A stretch of DNA of 62,208 bases, counting the filler, from Asterionella formosa (taxonomy: Eukaryota): assembly GCA_002256025.1 (NCBI GenBank). It is 16 parts of 16 records of this genome, joined end to end, with 100 filler letters (N's around TTAATTAATTAA, not from the genome) between each part and the next. Parts side by side here need not be neighbours in the genome. Positions count along the whole stretch, not along the records: positions 7,832 to 11,633 come from NKIB01013897.1; positions 11,734 to 15,535 come from NKIB01013898.1; positions 15,636 to 19,436 come from NKIB01013899.1; positions 19,537 to 23,337 come from NKIB01013900.1; 12 more parts are not named here. One strand, written 5' to 3'. The notes below the pieces were generated by a model. That model saw only the letters and a list, made by a program, of their open reading frames with translations. It made no database searches and had not been told where the DNA came from. This document shows positions 11,311-23,198 of the stretch, in pieces. The stretch's first letter is position 1. Each line of letters opens with the position of its first letter. A program made the position numbers and the translations under genes.

Positions 11311-11324
11311 TTTGGCGCGCCAAA
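11311..11324. promoter_or_regulatory. Candidate palindromic E2F/DP site upstream of RFC4
   Basis: Perfect 14-bp palindrome TTTGGCGCGCCAAA (TTTSSCGC on both strands), ~200 bp 5' of the RFC4 ATG. Confidence 0.5.
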
Positions 11325-12161
11325 TTTTCATGATGGCTGGATACAATTTTTGGGGCCACGACCGGGTAGACCCTGTTGGGCTACCGGTAGTATTAGATTA
11401 ACCCTAAACCTGTGGTATATAATATTTTGCGCCTGGAACGGCATGTTATAATCACATCCACCATGTTGTTATTATTCTGTTGCTTTACTCAGCCAGCAAT
11501 AGAACATCCTCCCATGCCGCTTCAAATAGCCTTCGTTCCACCATAATATCGCTACTAGTAAACACAGGAAGCAGCACGGGATGACACAATTTGGTTTATA
11601 GACAAGCTATATGAACTATTTTGTGTTGGGTATNNNNNNNNNNNNNNNNNNNNNNNNNNNNNNNNNNNNNNNNNNNNTTAATTAATTAANNNNNNNNNNN
11701 NNNNNNNNNNNNNNNNNNNNNNNNNNNNNNNNNAACAGAATGAGAACGGACGGGAAAATAGGATGCAAAAAGCTGACGCTGTGGCGGATAAAACGCCTTG
11801 CTTGCTGTGGTGACAAGTCGTAAAATTAGTACTTCAAGCTATTATAAGCTAAGGATGTTTTTAAATCGTTAAAGTGGAGAGCTAGGATAGGCCAACTAGC
11901 ATTCGCGATCATGCATAAGCAACGAACAGGCCCTTTCTGACAGCTACCAGGTACTGTACATAGTGTACACACGCACAGCGAAGGTCGGAGAAATGAAAAT
12001 ATGTCCGTGGTATATGTAGCACGCATCATTTCCTATGACATAATTATATGAACAGTGCATTTCCGGCATTCGCCTACCGGTATACGACAATCATCACTAC
12101 ATACATATCTGCAATGTTTACCGCGGCTTGGTGGGGTATTATGGAATTTTATTGCAACCTT

Positions 12162-12268
12162 GCAAGTTGCGGCTATTTTGCTGTTAGAGTATTTTTGCTG
12201 AAACTAAAGCTTTAGCTCTCTTTATCCCGGATTAAAATGTTAGTTAAAGCAAAATGACCGCAACTTGC
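12162..12268 (+). mobile_element. MITE family A, copy 4 (small internal duplication)
   Basis: GCAAGTTGCGGCTATTTTGCTG...tttagctctctttatccc...AGCAAAATGACCGCAACTTGC, on a different contig from copies 1-3. Confidence 0.75.
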
Positions 12269-12711
12269 TCTGATACCGTAAACCAGACTGTACGCACTAT
12301 GGTACCTAGTACTGCGAGTACACGATACAATAATCTATACCGGTAACTTGTTATTTCTATTAGATGAGTCTATCTCGGTACTCCATCAACCATTAAGAGT
12401 AGTATACTGGTGTGGAAGCAAATATCTAAGTGTACAACAGTTGACATCATTTTGGAGCAAATGTGAAGTCCTCCAACACTCTTGTTAAAAATGCCAGGGA
12501 ACTGCCAAGAAACTGACCAACTGTAACTATAAATTGTGCTAGAAAGTGAGCAGAGTGTGCATGTTTAAAAGTACAAAAATAGTTGGGGTCTTGGGGTTTA
12601 AAATATGAATAATAATAGCTTTCTGTGAATCAACCATCATAGTGTGCGGAGTATGGTCATTCACTCTGCCAAAAGCCCTTGCATAAAGAATGGATGCAAG
12701 TTCCTATATTT

Positions 12712-13671
12712 CTATTTCCCCAATGTGCGCTTAGTTCTCTCATTTCCTTCCACACTTGGAGGATCCAAATTATTAATAATTCCCTCCGCAAACAAGAAAA
12801 AGCATAAACTGATAAAATGACTCAACATTCCATTGGTATTGGCTTGGACTACTAAAATATCCAATGGTTGAATCATGGTGGCACCACTCCCAATCAAAAT
12901 ACCCTGTTGCTGTGTATTGCTCAACACTTTAATGGCCAATCCACCAATAATAGTACCTGCACCACCTAAATGCAATCCCATTCCTACTAAATTCAATGCC
13001 ACCCCTACTTTGACAAATCGTCTCATCATGGTAGCAGCAGCAATTTTTGTGGTTTCAGGACGTTTGACACGTGATGCCAATCGTGTCCCACCCCATGTCC
13101 AGAATGTGGATAAAAATGAAACAAAAATACCTAGTGTATTGTATGATCATGTGCATGTGCATGTGTGTGAGTTAGTAAGTTAGTTGTGAGTGAACATGTG
13201 TGTGTATGTGTGAATGCAACTATGTAATATAGAGAGAATCCCATTCAGTGCACTAATGTTCTGTAGTACAGAACACAGACACAAACACATACCTGTTCCT
13301 GTCAAGAACAAACCAGCAGCTTCCTTCCGAATAGCATCAGTAGACGAAGTAGAATTCAGTAGGATACTTCGCGCAAATATCAAAATTACAGTACTGACAA
13401 TCGACAAGGGGAATTGACACCACCACGAGGTCCAAGAATTGCGCCAAAGTGTCTTTTGAGTGGATAGTAGTAACACGTCGTTATTCCCTCGTGAGGCAGT
13501 ATCATCAGCAGCAGCCTCAGCAGCAGCGTACATTCGAGAACGACTGGCATATGATGTTGACGTTCTTGCCCATGATGATGTTGTTGCTGATAGTTGAAAC
13601 GTATGAACTGGATGATAATGGCCGAACAAAACGAGAGCCATTGACGAGAGGAAAAGCGTCGGGAGCTTCAT
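12712..13671 (-). CDS. TIC21: TIC21/PIC1-like (DUF3611) plastid envelope membrane protein, 2 exons
   Basis: Exon 1 13671-13293, intron 13292-13131 (GTATGT...CTAG, phase 1; joins FLTGT-G-IFVSFLSTFW), exon 2 13130-12712. Bipartite presequence, W.SWW.Q..L..VS.VIL.F, G..LNLVGM, and IQPLDILVVQANTN..LSHF.SL signature. Confidence 0.8.
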
Positions 13672-13814
13672 GGCTATTGCTTGGCAGAAGCGATAAAAGG
13701 TTGCAGTCTTATTGTACGTTGCCCGGGTGGTTGATGAACAGATCGATGACGATCGAGGGGCGGAGCAATGAAATGATCGGCTGTAACTGACGCCCTTGAT
13801 GTGATAGTTAGTAT

Positions 13815-13990
13815 TGTTACCTGGAGTACCAGGTAAACAGGTAACCTAACCAGGGTACCTGGTACTTGGTACCAGGTAACAGGTACCTACCGGTAGTAGA
13901 CTGGTTTTCGGAAGGGCAGACAACCGGTACATAATACCGGTATTGGTACCCTGGTACCAGGTACGGAGCAGTAAGAATAACCGGTGCTGG
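13815..13990. repeat. TACCWGGTA/GGTACC palindromic low-complexity tract
   Basis: Dense ggtacc, taccaggta, tacctggta and taccggta upstream of the TIC21-like gene. Confidence 0.7.
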
Positions 13991-14344
13991 TGGTGCATCA
14001 TGAAATCCTCCTCCATTCCGCCCGATGGCTAATGCACAGGAGTACGATTTTAAATGCAGCAAACATGCATACCCCAGTAAATGGAAAGCTGTACTATGTC
14101 GTCACACACGATCAGATCATGACGATGCAACCTGTGTAATCCATCATTTTCATTACAGTGTTTCATATCAGATAGCGATTTAGACACAAAACATTATATT
14201 TCTGCCAAAATGAAGATTCAAAGCAATCTCTCTTGATTTGGCTGATTAAATGGATTAAGAACTATGTAATAAAGCAATTGGGGACACTATTATTGTTACC
14301 CAACCAAGCTGAAAATTGAATAGGCTTGATTCTGATTTGGTTGC

Positions 14345-15535
14345 TTACTTCAGTGGTGCTCTTGTAGGACTCTTGGTTGTAGGCCTTTTGGTAGGACTCT
14401 TGGTTGTGGGTCTTTTGGTAGGACTCTTGGTTGTAGGTCTTTTGGTAGGACTCTTGGTTGTAGGTCTTTTGGTAGGACTCTTGGTTGTAGGCCTTTTGGT
14501 AGGACTCTTGGTTGTTGGTCTTTTGGTAGGACTCTTGGTTGTAGGTCTTTTGGTAGGACTCTTGGTTGTAGGCCTTTTGGTAGGACTCTTGGTTGTTGGA
14601 CTATTGGTGGGACTCTTGGTTGTAGGCCTTTTGGTAGGACTATTGGTTGTAGGACTTGTTGTAGTACGAGTGGGACTCTTAGTTGTTGGACTTTTGGTGG
14701 GACTCTTAGTTGCAGGACTCTTGGTTGGGTAGGGGGTTGTAAAATTCTTCGCCACTGGTATCACAAATAAAGTAGACACTGCATTTCCTATTTGAGCACC
14801 CATGGTGGATGAAATTAGGATATCTCCAGTATTAAACTTTGCAACAATTTGGAAGTTTCCATTTCCGGCAAGACCTGGGATAATAAGAGATGCATCATAG
14901 TATGTGAGATCAAAAATGTAAATAAAATAAAATTGCTGATAAAGATGCACATGAAAAGAGCAAGCTCACCATTGCCACCAGTATCTAGTAACGTGAAATT
15001 AAGGGACGTCCCACTATCCACAATAACAGTTTCCAACACAAGCTCATACGGAACTAGCCACGAGCCTGATACTTTGTTGATAAGTACCGTATTAGTATTT
15101 GTTTGTCGAAGCTCGTAACCGATCTCCCATGGTGATTGATCCATTTGAATTGTAATCCGAAGCTTAGCCTGTTGCGATCCCAAAGGCACTGGGGCTGGAA
15201 TGCAATAACTCGGTTTATCTTGTGAATAAAGACAAATGCTTTGCCGGATCCAAGAAGTGGCAGATGACACTCGACTGTAAACTCCAGGTGAAAGTGGATC
15301 GGCGCATCCGTCTCCCCAACTAGTTAAACCAACTTGATTGCCATTTGTATCCAAGAGTGGGCCTCCACTATCCCCTTGACAAGCATCCTTTCCTCCAGCA
15401 GTATAACCTGCACATAACATATTTTTCGGAAAATACCTCGAGGCACCCAATTGTTGGCTGCAAATCACGTCACTTACCTTTGGAACTTTCACCTCTTGTA
15501 AGAACGGTGGAAATGTGGTTCGGAGAAAAATGCCT
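14345..15535 (-). CDS. Trypsin-family (S1) serine protease with C-terminal Thr/Pro/Lys-rich repeat tail; 5' truncated
   Basis: NMLCAG...[13 protein letters not shown]...[11 protein letters not shown]...PGVYSRVS (Asp at S1 position). Exon 15535-14970, intron 14969-14875 (GTGAGC...CCAG, phase 1), exon 14874-14345. Confidence 0.88.
14360..14730 (-). repeat. Coding minisatellite, 27-bp unit (KSPTKRPTT)n, ~13 units
   Basis: Repeated ggactcttggttgtaggYcttttggta with third-position variation. Confidence 0.9.
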
Positions 15536-17161
15536 NNNNNNNNNNNNNNNNNNNNNNNNNNNNNNNNNNNNNNNNNNNNTTAATTAATTAANNNNNNNNN
15601 NNNNNNNNNNNNNNNNNNNNNNNNNNNNNNNNNNNTAGCTGGTAGTCTAGTACCTGGTACCATCAGCAAGTACCGTACACACCGGTAGTTACAAAAAAGC
15701 AACGAAAAAAGGGAGGAATGACTGCATGGACAATGGTTTGATTCACCTTGTGCTGGCTTGAGGGTCATACTTGCAGCCACCACCGTACCGTAGTACCACC
15801 AGGACTTGACGCAACAGGGACCAACCATTTTCTCAACTACCGGTATAGATTTATCCTTGTAGACAAGGTGCAAAGTGGAGTACCACACATAACTTCAATA
15901 TAAGCAGTAGACTTAGTTTAGTCCACCTGCCTCACAAGAAGCAAAACGACATTTTTCTATAGTGATTCCATCTGCGGATAGAGATTATCTGCTACTAGAT
16001 ACAAAAGGCGTAAGGACAACCATGTTCGAGGTGGTTGCAGTCATTTGTTGACAAACAGGTGAGAGGACTGGCCATTTTCTAACAGCCAGTCACCAAACAA
16101 GCAAGAAAATTCAACAACAAAATGCATACCCGGTAGTCTTGGTTGAGCAACAGCACAACGACTGCAATCGGTAGCTAGTACTGATTGATAGACTGAGTCA
16201 ATTGTTGTTAATACATACAGAGCAACTGAGGAAGCAAGCAACAAGACATGGTTGGTTCAGCTCCACCAGCAGTCCGAACAATATTTCATACTAGTAGGCA
16301 ATAAAGTTATATTCAGTGGTCATTTTGTTATGAGTCATGAGGTACGACTAGCTATGTTCTGAGTACCATCTAGCTTGTAAATAGGCGACAATAGAAAAAC
16401 TAGAAACGCCCACTTCAATCAGCCATGTAGCTGGACAATGACATCAACATCTATTCTACAAACTACTACTGGCAGTATCTATAGGAGTAAACTATAAGTA
16501 CTATTAACGCAGCAGGTCTAGTCTTGAAAAATACATTTGTGCAACCCAGAGACCCAAGCTGGCTTGGACCATTGCTTGTGGCTGATACAATTTCGTCGTT
16601 GTGCAACGACGCCGCATCGCTCCTCCTATTTAACATATCATGGTGCTGGTGTTTCCATGAGCATGTCGTCCATACCACCCAGCTGGAGCGTAACTTTTAT
16701 CACTGGCAGCACTTACAACCGTAGGAATTTGAGGACTGGGGAGAATGAATCCAATGCACAGTCTGTGTAGGATGCGACAGATGCTAGTACTATAGGTATT
16801 GTAATGATTGTTGACCTATAGAATTACTAGCAGATGAAGTACAAAAGTTGAGTTTCTTCGATAGGGGTTGCATCTGTCCAGAGGTAGGAATCTAATTGAA
16901 AAGGAAAAGGATCACAAGCGAAGCAATACCAAAGTGGTTGACAACGTTTTTGCTTTGACGTTTACACGTTTCTCAAGAGCATTCTATTAGTCATATTCTT
17001 GTGTGTTTAGTAGCTCTGTCACATTCAATGTATTATTTTAGTTGGCGCAATAGCATATCTTTTTTCCATAATACATGAGATTTTAATGAATCTAAACAAG
17101 AAACTCCTGCATTTCATCCACCGAAAAATACCAACAACCGGCCCTTTCATGACTATTCAAC

Positions 17162-18228
17162 CTACATCCCAATATCAGGAAGACTCAACCCCTGAGAATC
17201 CGCTGCAACTTTCTTGGCCAACTCTTGACTTAATGCCAATCCAGCTTCCTTTGCATTAATAATATCTTCTGGTCTTGGAATGAAACCTTTTGCCATCATG
17301 ACTTCTCGTACCAATGAATCTGTTGTAATGATTAAAAATCCAGTTGTAAATGCCACAATAACCAAAACCACCACACGAGAGAATGTGGAAAACAAATCAG
17401 GAAATGTCGTTTGGCCAAATTCAAAAGTCATTTGTTCTTGAAATGGTTTAAATCCTAATGGATCCGCAGATTCCATTTCTTCCTGTGTCATTTCATCTTC
17501 AGGATCATAATTAATAGATAGTATTTTAGAGGATCCATCGGATATTTTAGACAAGTCCAATCTACTACCACCACCACCACCACTACCACTGCGCATGGCA
17601 GCTCGTGCTGCTGCTTCTGCCAAGAATTCTTTACTCACTTGAGATTCTTCCAATCCTAATGATCCAGTTCGTGCTCGAATGGCATCACGTACTTTTTCTT
17701 GAGAGTTGTATTCAGACTTTGTATGTGTGTGTGTGTGCATTTGTAGAATAATGATGAAATAATAATGAGAGTGAAAAATATAGAGGGGAAAGAAAACCAA
17801 CAGAATGAGTACGGTAGGTGAGTTTTGATAGAATAATATCCAAATGTTGGACCACGAAATGTAACTATAGGATACCAAACACATATCATGATGACTAAAT
17901 GTATACACATAAAACAACTTACACCTGGAACAATATCATCATATCCACCCATGGCTTCCAATTCTTTGGCTTCGGCTTCAGCAATCATCCCTTTTGTTGC
18001 ATCATCATAGGATGTCACCACTGGTTCATTGTTTGTCGTACTACTCGTAGTTTCATCATCCCATTGATCTGACATTTTACAAATAGTAGTAGTAGCAGTA
18101 GTAGTCACAGCAGAACGACGATGAATGTTGTTGACATGATGGGAACTTATAGTAAATGCTGAAATGGTTGGAGGTGCAGTTGCAAGGAGCAAGATCAATA
18201 ATACTGTGAATCGGAGCGTCATTATCAT
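17162..18228 (-). CDS. Plastid-targeted protein with C-terminal SecE-like segment, 2 exons
   Basis: Exon 1 18228-17923 (signal peptide + ISA-FTI, Ser/Thr-rich transit peptide), intron 17922-17717 (GTAAGT...AAAG, phase 0), exon 2 17716-17162. FQEQMTFEFGQTTFPDLFSTFSRVVVLVIVAFTTGFLIITTDSLV resembles the SecE amphipathic helix, E..xxxW/FP hinge and TM helix ending in D. Confidence 0.6.
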
Positions 18229-18559
18229 TTATAAATCGTAAAGCAACAGTGCTGAGGATGTCCAAGTAGTGGAATGGAACGTGAGAGTGAAAGCTGTAGT
18301 CGTCGAACGAATGAGGCGACGACTTTGTGCTTTCGCTTGATGGATGGATTATGATTTAGATTGAAACTATACGACAGATACATTGTAAATTATTTTCGAC
18401 ACCTCGAGATGATTGCCTATATGATACATGCCGGTAGCCAAGTTACGGCATCAAAGGTACAGTATGTAGTATGTAGCAAGTGCTCCGACCTGCATCACCA
18501 AATGATGATGGTATGGATGATGCACACATCCACAAATAGAATACCGTTACCAGACTCTA

Positions 18560-19265
18560 CCGTACTAGAGGAGGTACCTGGTACCGGTAAATAAAATAAT
18601 ACCGGGACCACCACTCCAATTTAATGTGCGGCTGTGGAAGATGGCTCTTCAACTTCGCTTGCTTCATTTATATATCTATTCTATGTATTGTTTTATTATT
18701 GAAGAAACGCTGCATGCCGGTATTTACCGGTACTAGATTATCGCAATCTGTTATGCAAACGTATAAAATACAAGTAAGCAAAGGTAATCCTTGTTTTACA
18801 CAGCGGGTAGTTTTGCTTTTTATGCGCAATCTATACCACCAATAGTAGGATGGATACCGGGTACCTGGTACCAATGGAGGAACTACTGTTAGCACCACGG
18901 TACCACTCCCTGTTCGTTGCCCACTGACGTACGAAAGATAACCTTACATTACGGACGTGCCGATACACATTTACTTTATTTATAGGCGGTGGTGATTTCT
19001 TTATGTTTGTTTTGTACACAATACATCTATGGAACAACGGTCCGGTATCAGAGGGCGGTAAAAGACGGTTTCACTATGAGGGAAAAATGCTAAACTTCTC
19101 ATAGCCGCAACTTGCGAAGTACCAGGTACCAGGTACCTGGTACCGGTGTGTGTGGTCTCATCCCCTATGCCACAGTAAAAAAGTACCAGGTATCCTGGTA
19201 CTGTCTGTACCCGGTACCTGGTACCAGAAAACAACTCGACAGGCCACGCACGACCTGGTACTGAT
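18560..19265. repeat. TACCWGGTA/GGTACC-rich intergenic tract
   Basis: For example gtaccaggtaccaggtacctggtaccggt at ~19119-19147. Confidence 0.65.
19051..19115 (+). mobile_element. MITE family B (shares the GCCGCAACTTGC end with family A), degenerate copy
   Basis: gcggtaaaagacggtttcact...gctaaacttctc...gccgcaacttgc; matches 52112-52194. Confidence 0.5.
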
Positions 19266-19536
19266 ACTTAGTGGTAACAAATTGTACATACGTACATACG
19301 GTTCTACGACGAATCGCTCCCCCACCTCCCGACCGCTGATCTTCTTCCAGTCGTCAGACCCTCCCTTCGTTCATGATGGCTCACCTCTACTTATGTACTC
19401 TCAGTACCAGAACGTCAAATCGCTCTGTTTTCTTTTNNNNNNNNNNNNNNNNNNNNNNNNNNNNNNNNNNNNNNNNNNNNTTAATTAATTAANNNNNNNN
19501 NNNNNNNNNNNNNNNNNNNNNNNNNNNNNNNNNNNN

Positions 19537-19678
19537 TGTATATAGGGTTAGTGTTATATCATATATGTATAAGAACTCAATAATGAGAGAACTCGACTAA
19601 CCCTCATTGTATACTTTGGTGTCGACTTGGAGAACGAGTTACACACAAGGATTAACAAATAAGCTCATATATTCAACA
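19537..19678 (+). mobile_element. Possible LTR 3' portion
   Basis: AT-rich segment ending ...ATATTCAACA at the contig start. Only the terminal motif supports this call. Confidence 0.25.
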
Positions 19679-21414
19679 AATACTACTACTTCTAGTTAGA
19701 TACTTCACGGTGTACCAGTAGTACACTGCATTAAAAGTGTAATTTTTTAATAGCTCTTAATTTCTCTAAATGACCTCATCACCATGTTAATTACTGATAT
19801 GTATATACAACGCAGGGCATATATACAAACATATTTTATGATGGACAAAAGTTCCGGCATCATAATGTTGATGATTTCATGTAGAACTCAACGACATCAG
19901 GAGTTAGAGAAATTATTTCAAGTACTAACTGTGATATGATGGACAAGAGAGTCAAGAATTACAAACACGAGCGACATGATACGACACACACGCAAATGAA
20001 TGTTATTTTTACATACCGGTATACGAACAGGAATATATAAGCCCTTTCATCACTCCCCGTAGTTCAATCGTGTACCTGTAGGCCAATCGTATACATACGA
20101 TCATCATCATGCATCCTATGTAGCTACCGGTATATGTACTACATATTGGTACCGATTTATCAGGGTTGACAAAATTTCCGGCATCTTCCATCTATCATGT
20201 GGGAGGAATGAGTTGCGTAGATTTCTACGACAAATGGTAGAGAAACTATTTTGGCAGCACGAGAAAAGGAGTTTGAACACAAAAAAAACACTTTTCACTC
20301 GAAAAAGAAAAAAGTCGCTCGTCATTCACAATAAACAACTTCCATTACATTCAAGACGACGACATTGACAATGCCTAGATTGGAAGAAGATGTCAAACGG
20401 TTGAAAGCGAATGATCCAAGTTTGATGACTCTTGATCTCCGATGGAATTCAATTGGTGTTGACGGAGCCAAGGCCATTGCAGAGGCTCTCAAGGTCAATA
20501 CTGTCTTGACTACCCTTAAACTCTGGGGTAATTCAATTGGTGACGATTTACTAATTCATATAATCAAACTCATCGATGCAAACAAGAACCGCAAATCAAC
20601 AGTAGCCAACACAACTCAGCCAACATCATCAACAAATGCAGCACATCCTCCTCCTTCCCCAACAACTTCAACATCAAGCAGTAACATTCTTACTGATCCC
20701 ATTGTCGAAGATAGGTTTTTAACTAATCAGCTACAGGAAGGCACCAATACAAAAGGAGACAATGAGCGCATTGTACATGAAGATCTGGTCAAGCTAATCG
20801 CAAAGACACAAGAAGACAATGAACGTATTAAGATTCTCATTGAATCTTTTGAAGACAACAAGTCAAATCAAGCATCTAGTTTTCAACTCACAACCAAGCA
20901 TCAGGAAATATTGAATATATTACTTGAAGAAACAAGCCAGGATTCTGACGATCAGGAGGAACAAAAGGCAATCCTTTCTTGTAAGAAATACAGTGAGTTC
21001 TATCTAGAACTTTTTGGCAAACTAAACTGTATGATTGGAGCTTGTGAGGATCTTTCCTCAAACATGCTGGCAGCTGGTAGCAATGGTTCTGCACGTTCTT
21101 CTATCATCCAACTTCTTAGAAATAATAAAGTTGAGCAGATCAAGAATACCAAAATTGGTGCACTTGTTGCGAATGCCATTGGAGTTGTTAAGAATGAAAT
21201 ACGATTACCTGGTGCGCATACAATTGGTTCTTTCTTTCAGATGATTGTTCAACTCAAAGAGAGTCGAGATCAGTGGCTGGGTGTTGCTAATGTTGCAGAT
21301 TTTGCCACTCTAGCTTCCCTGAAGAGACACAATTATGTATCATACAAGTATGATGTGGAGTGCGTTGCTAGAATAATGGTACGGGCATTGCATGCTGACC
21401 AAACATTTGGCACC

Positions 21415-21730
21415 AAAATGGTTGTGCAGCACTTAGGAACTTGACTGTGAACAATGACAACAACAAGGTGACGATTGCTGATGCAGGAGGTATCACTACG
21501 ATTCTGTCTGCAATGAAGACTCATTCCTCCAATGCTCCTGTGCAAGAAAATGGTTGTGCAGCACTTAGGAACTTGACTGTGAACAATGACAACAACAAGG
21601 TGATGATTGCTGATGCAGGAGGTATCACTACGATTCTGTCTGCAATGAAGACTCATTCCTCCAATGCTACTGTGCAACACTTTGGTTGTGGAGCACTTTT
21701 TAACTTGGCTGTGAATGAAAACAACAGGGT
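21415..21730 (+). repeat. 132-bp (44-aa ARM) tandem repeat, 2 near-identical copies plus a partial third
   Basis: aaaatggttgtgcagcacttaggaacttgactgtgaac at 21415 and 21547. Confidence 0.85.
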
Positions 21731-23012
21731 AATGGAAATCAGTTGGCTCGATGACACTGCCATGACGGCTGCTACTCATACTACTCATGATACATGCACA
21801 GCATCATTGTGTTCAAATCCTTTCTAATGCCTCAACCAAAGTTGTTGGAGCCTATTGAGTGGACAATACAGAGGAGGGACTGGAAGGCCCTATACAGCCT
21901 TTCTACGGCGCTGTCATTTGATGATACAGAGCGCATTTGCGCTCTTTGAACAATCACTCATCAACAACATAATTCACTCAGCATACTACATGATCATGTC
22001 AAGGCAAGATTATTGTGGAACTCATCATCTTTGCTGGCTTCCATAAAAAGCAGACCAACAGAGGGAATGCGACGGTTATTCAAGCCCGGTTGAAAGATTG
22101 TCCTGAAGCTGCAAAGGTGCAAGATCGCCATGGAAACACTCTGTTGCACCATGGCATGAAAGTCCGGGCACCAGTGGAAATTATAAATGCCTTTTTGGAA
22201 GCTTGCCCTGAAGTGGTGACAAGAAAAGCCAACAATGATGAGACTCCTCTTGACTGTGATTTAGGAGGGGGAAAAGCGAGTATCACTTGAATCCATCCAA
22301 GCTATTGTGGACAAATGTCCCAATGCCATTAACTCCATGAAAATGCCCTTTATTCCACTTCATTTGGCAATTTTTCGAGGTGAAAAAGCTCCAGAGATCA
22401 AGCAGATCATAATAAAATACCCAGATTCAGTTGCAAACTATGGCACTCTAAACCTGCAGTCACCTCTTCTCCTCGCATTGCAACAAGGAGATTATCCTGA
22501 TTTTGAGGTTGTCCGTATTGTGATTGAAAAACACACAGATGCGACTAACACTCTTGATAATGAAACGAGTTTAAGTCCATTTACATATTGTATTGTGTTC
22601 CCAGGCTCCTTCAATCGATAAAGAAATATGCAACCCTTGATTTTGGAGATGGCAATCTGTCTATCGAACAGTACATGTTGCAAAATAAACTGTCCAGTCC
22701 TATTGAAATTTGGTATAAGGTTTTGCGGTGTTTGTGTGCATCCCTAAATGACGTTGACAACCTCAAGCAATTGTGCATGCTAGACACACCCCAAGCTAAG
22801 AAAGTTCCAGAGAGGTGGAGCTTTTCTTCCATTCCAGGGCCTCTGGGCTTTTTCTTTTGGGTGCTCGCCACCAATGACTTTGATCGAAGCAGGACTCTCC
22901 CACTCCTCGATTTGAATCAAGAACCAGTAACTAACTGGACTGTTTTGGAAATCTTGGTGGATCTTGGAACAAAAGATGCGGCCAATATATTCTTCCAAAT
23001 AGAGGAACAGCT

Positions 23013-23198
23013 GAGAGGGTCTGAAGAACAGGATCAGCTGGAAATCTTCATTAATAATCATAGCGCAACAAAAGCAGCATCATTTCAGTCCATTTCTCAA
23101 GTTAAGAGAGGGTCCGAAGAACAGGATCAGCTGGAAATATCCATTAATAATCATAGCGCAATGGAAGTGGCGTCATTTCAGTCTGTTGCTCAAGTCAA
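23013..23198 (+). repeat. 93-bp (31-aa) in-frame tandem duplication
   Basis: RGSEEQDQLEIFINNHSATKAASFQSISQVK / RGSEEQDQLEISINNHSAMEVASFQSVAQVK. Confidence 0.85.

Noticed and set aside
14316..14732. Hydrophobic (GLLVGLLVV)n ORF on the + strand; also considered as a CRISPR-like array
   Set aside because: Antisense shadow of the protease repeat tail. Units are contiguous with no unique spacers and no cas genes.
7954..18228. Apparent cluster of plastid membrane genes (FLAP1-like, TIC21-like, SecE-like)
   Set aside because: The three genes lie on three different unlinked contigs.
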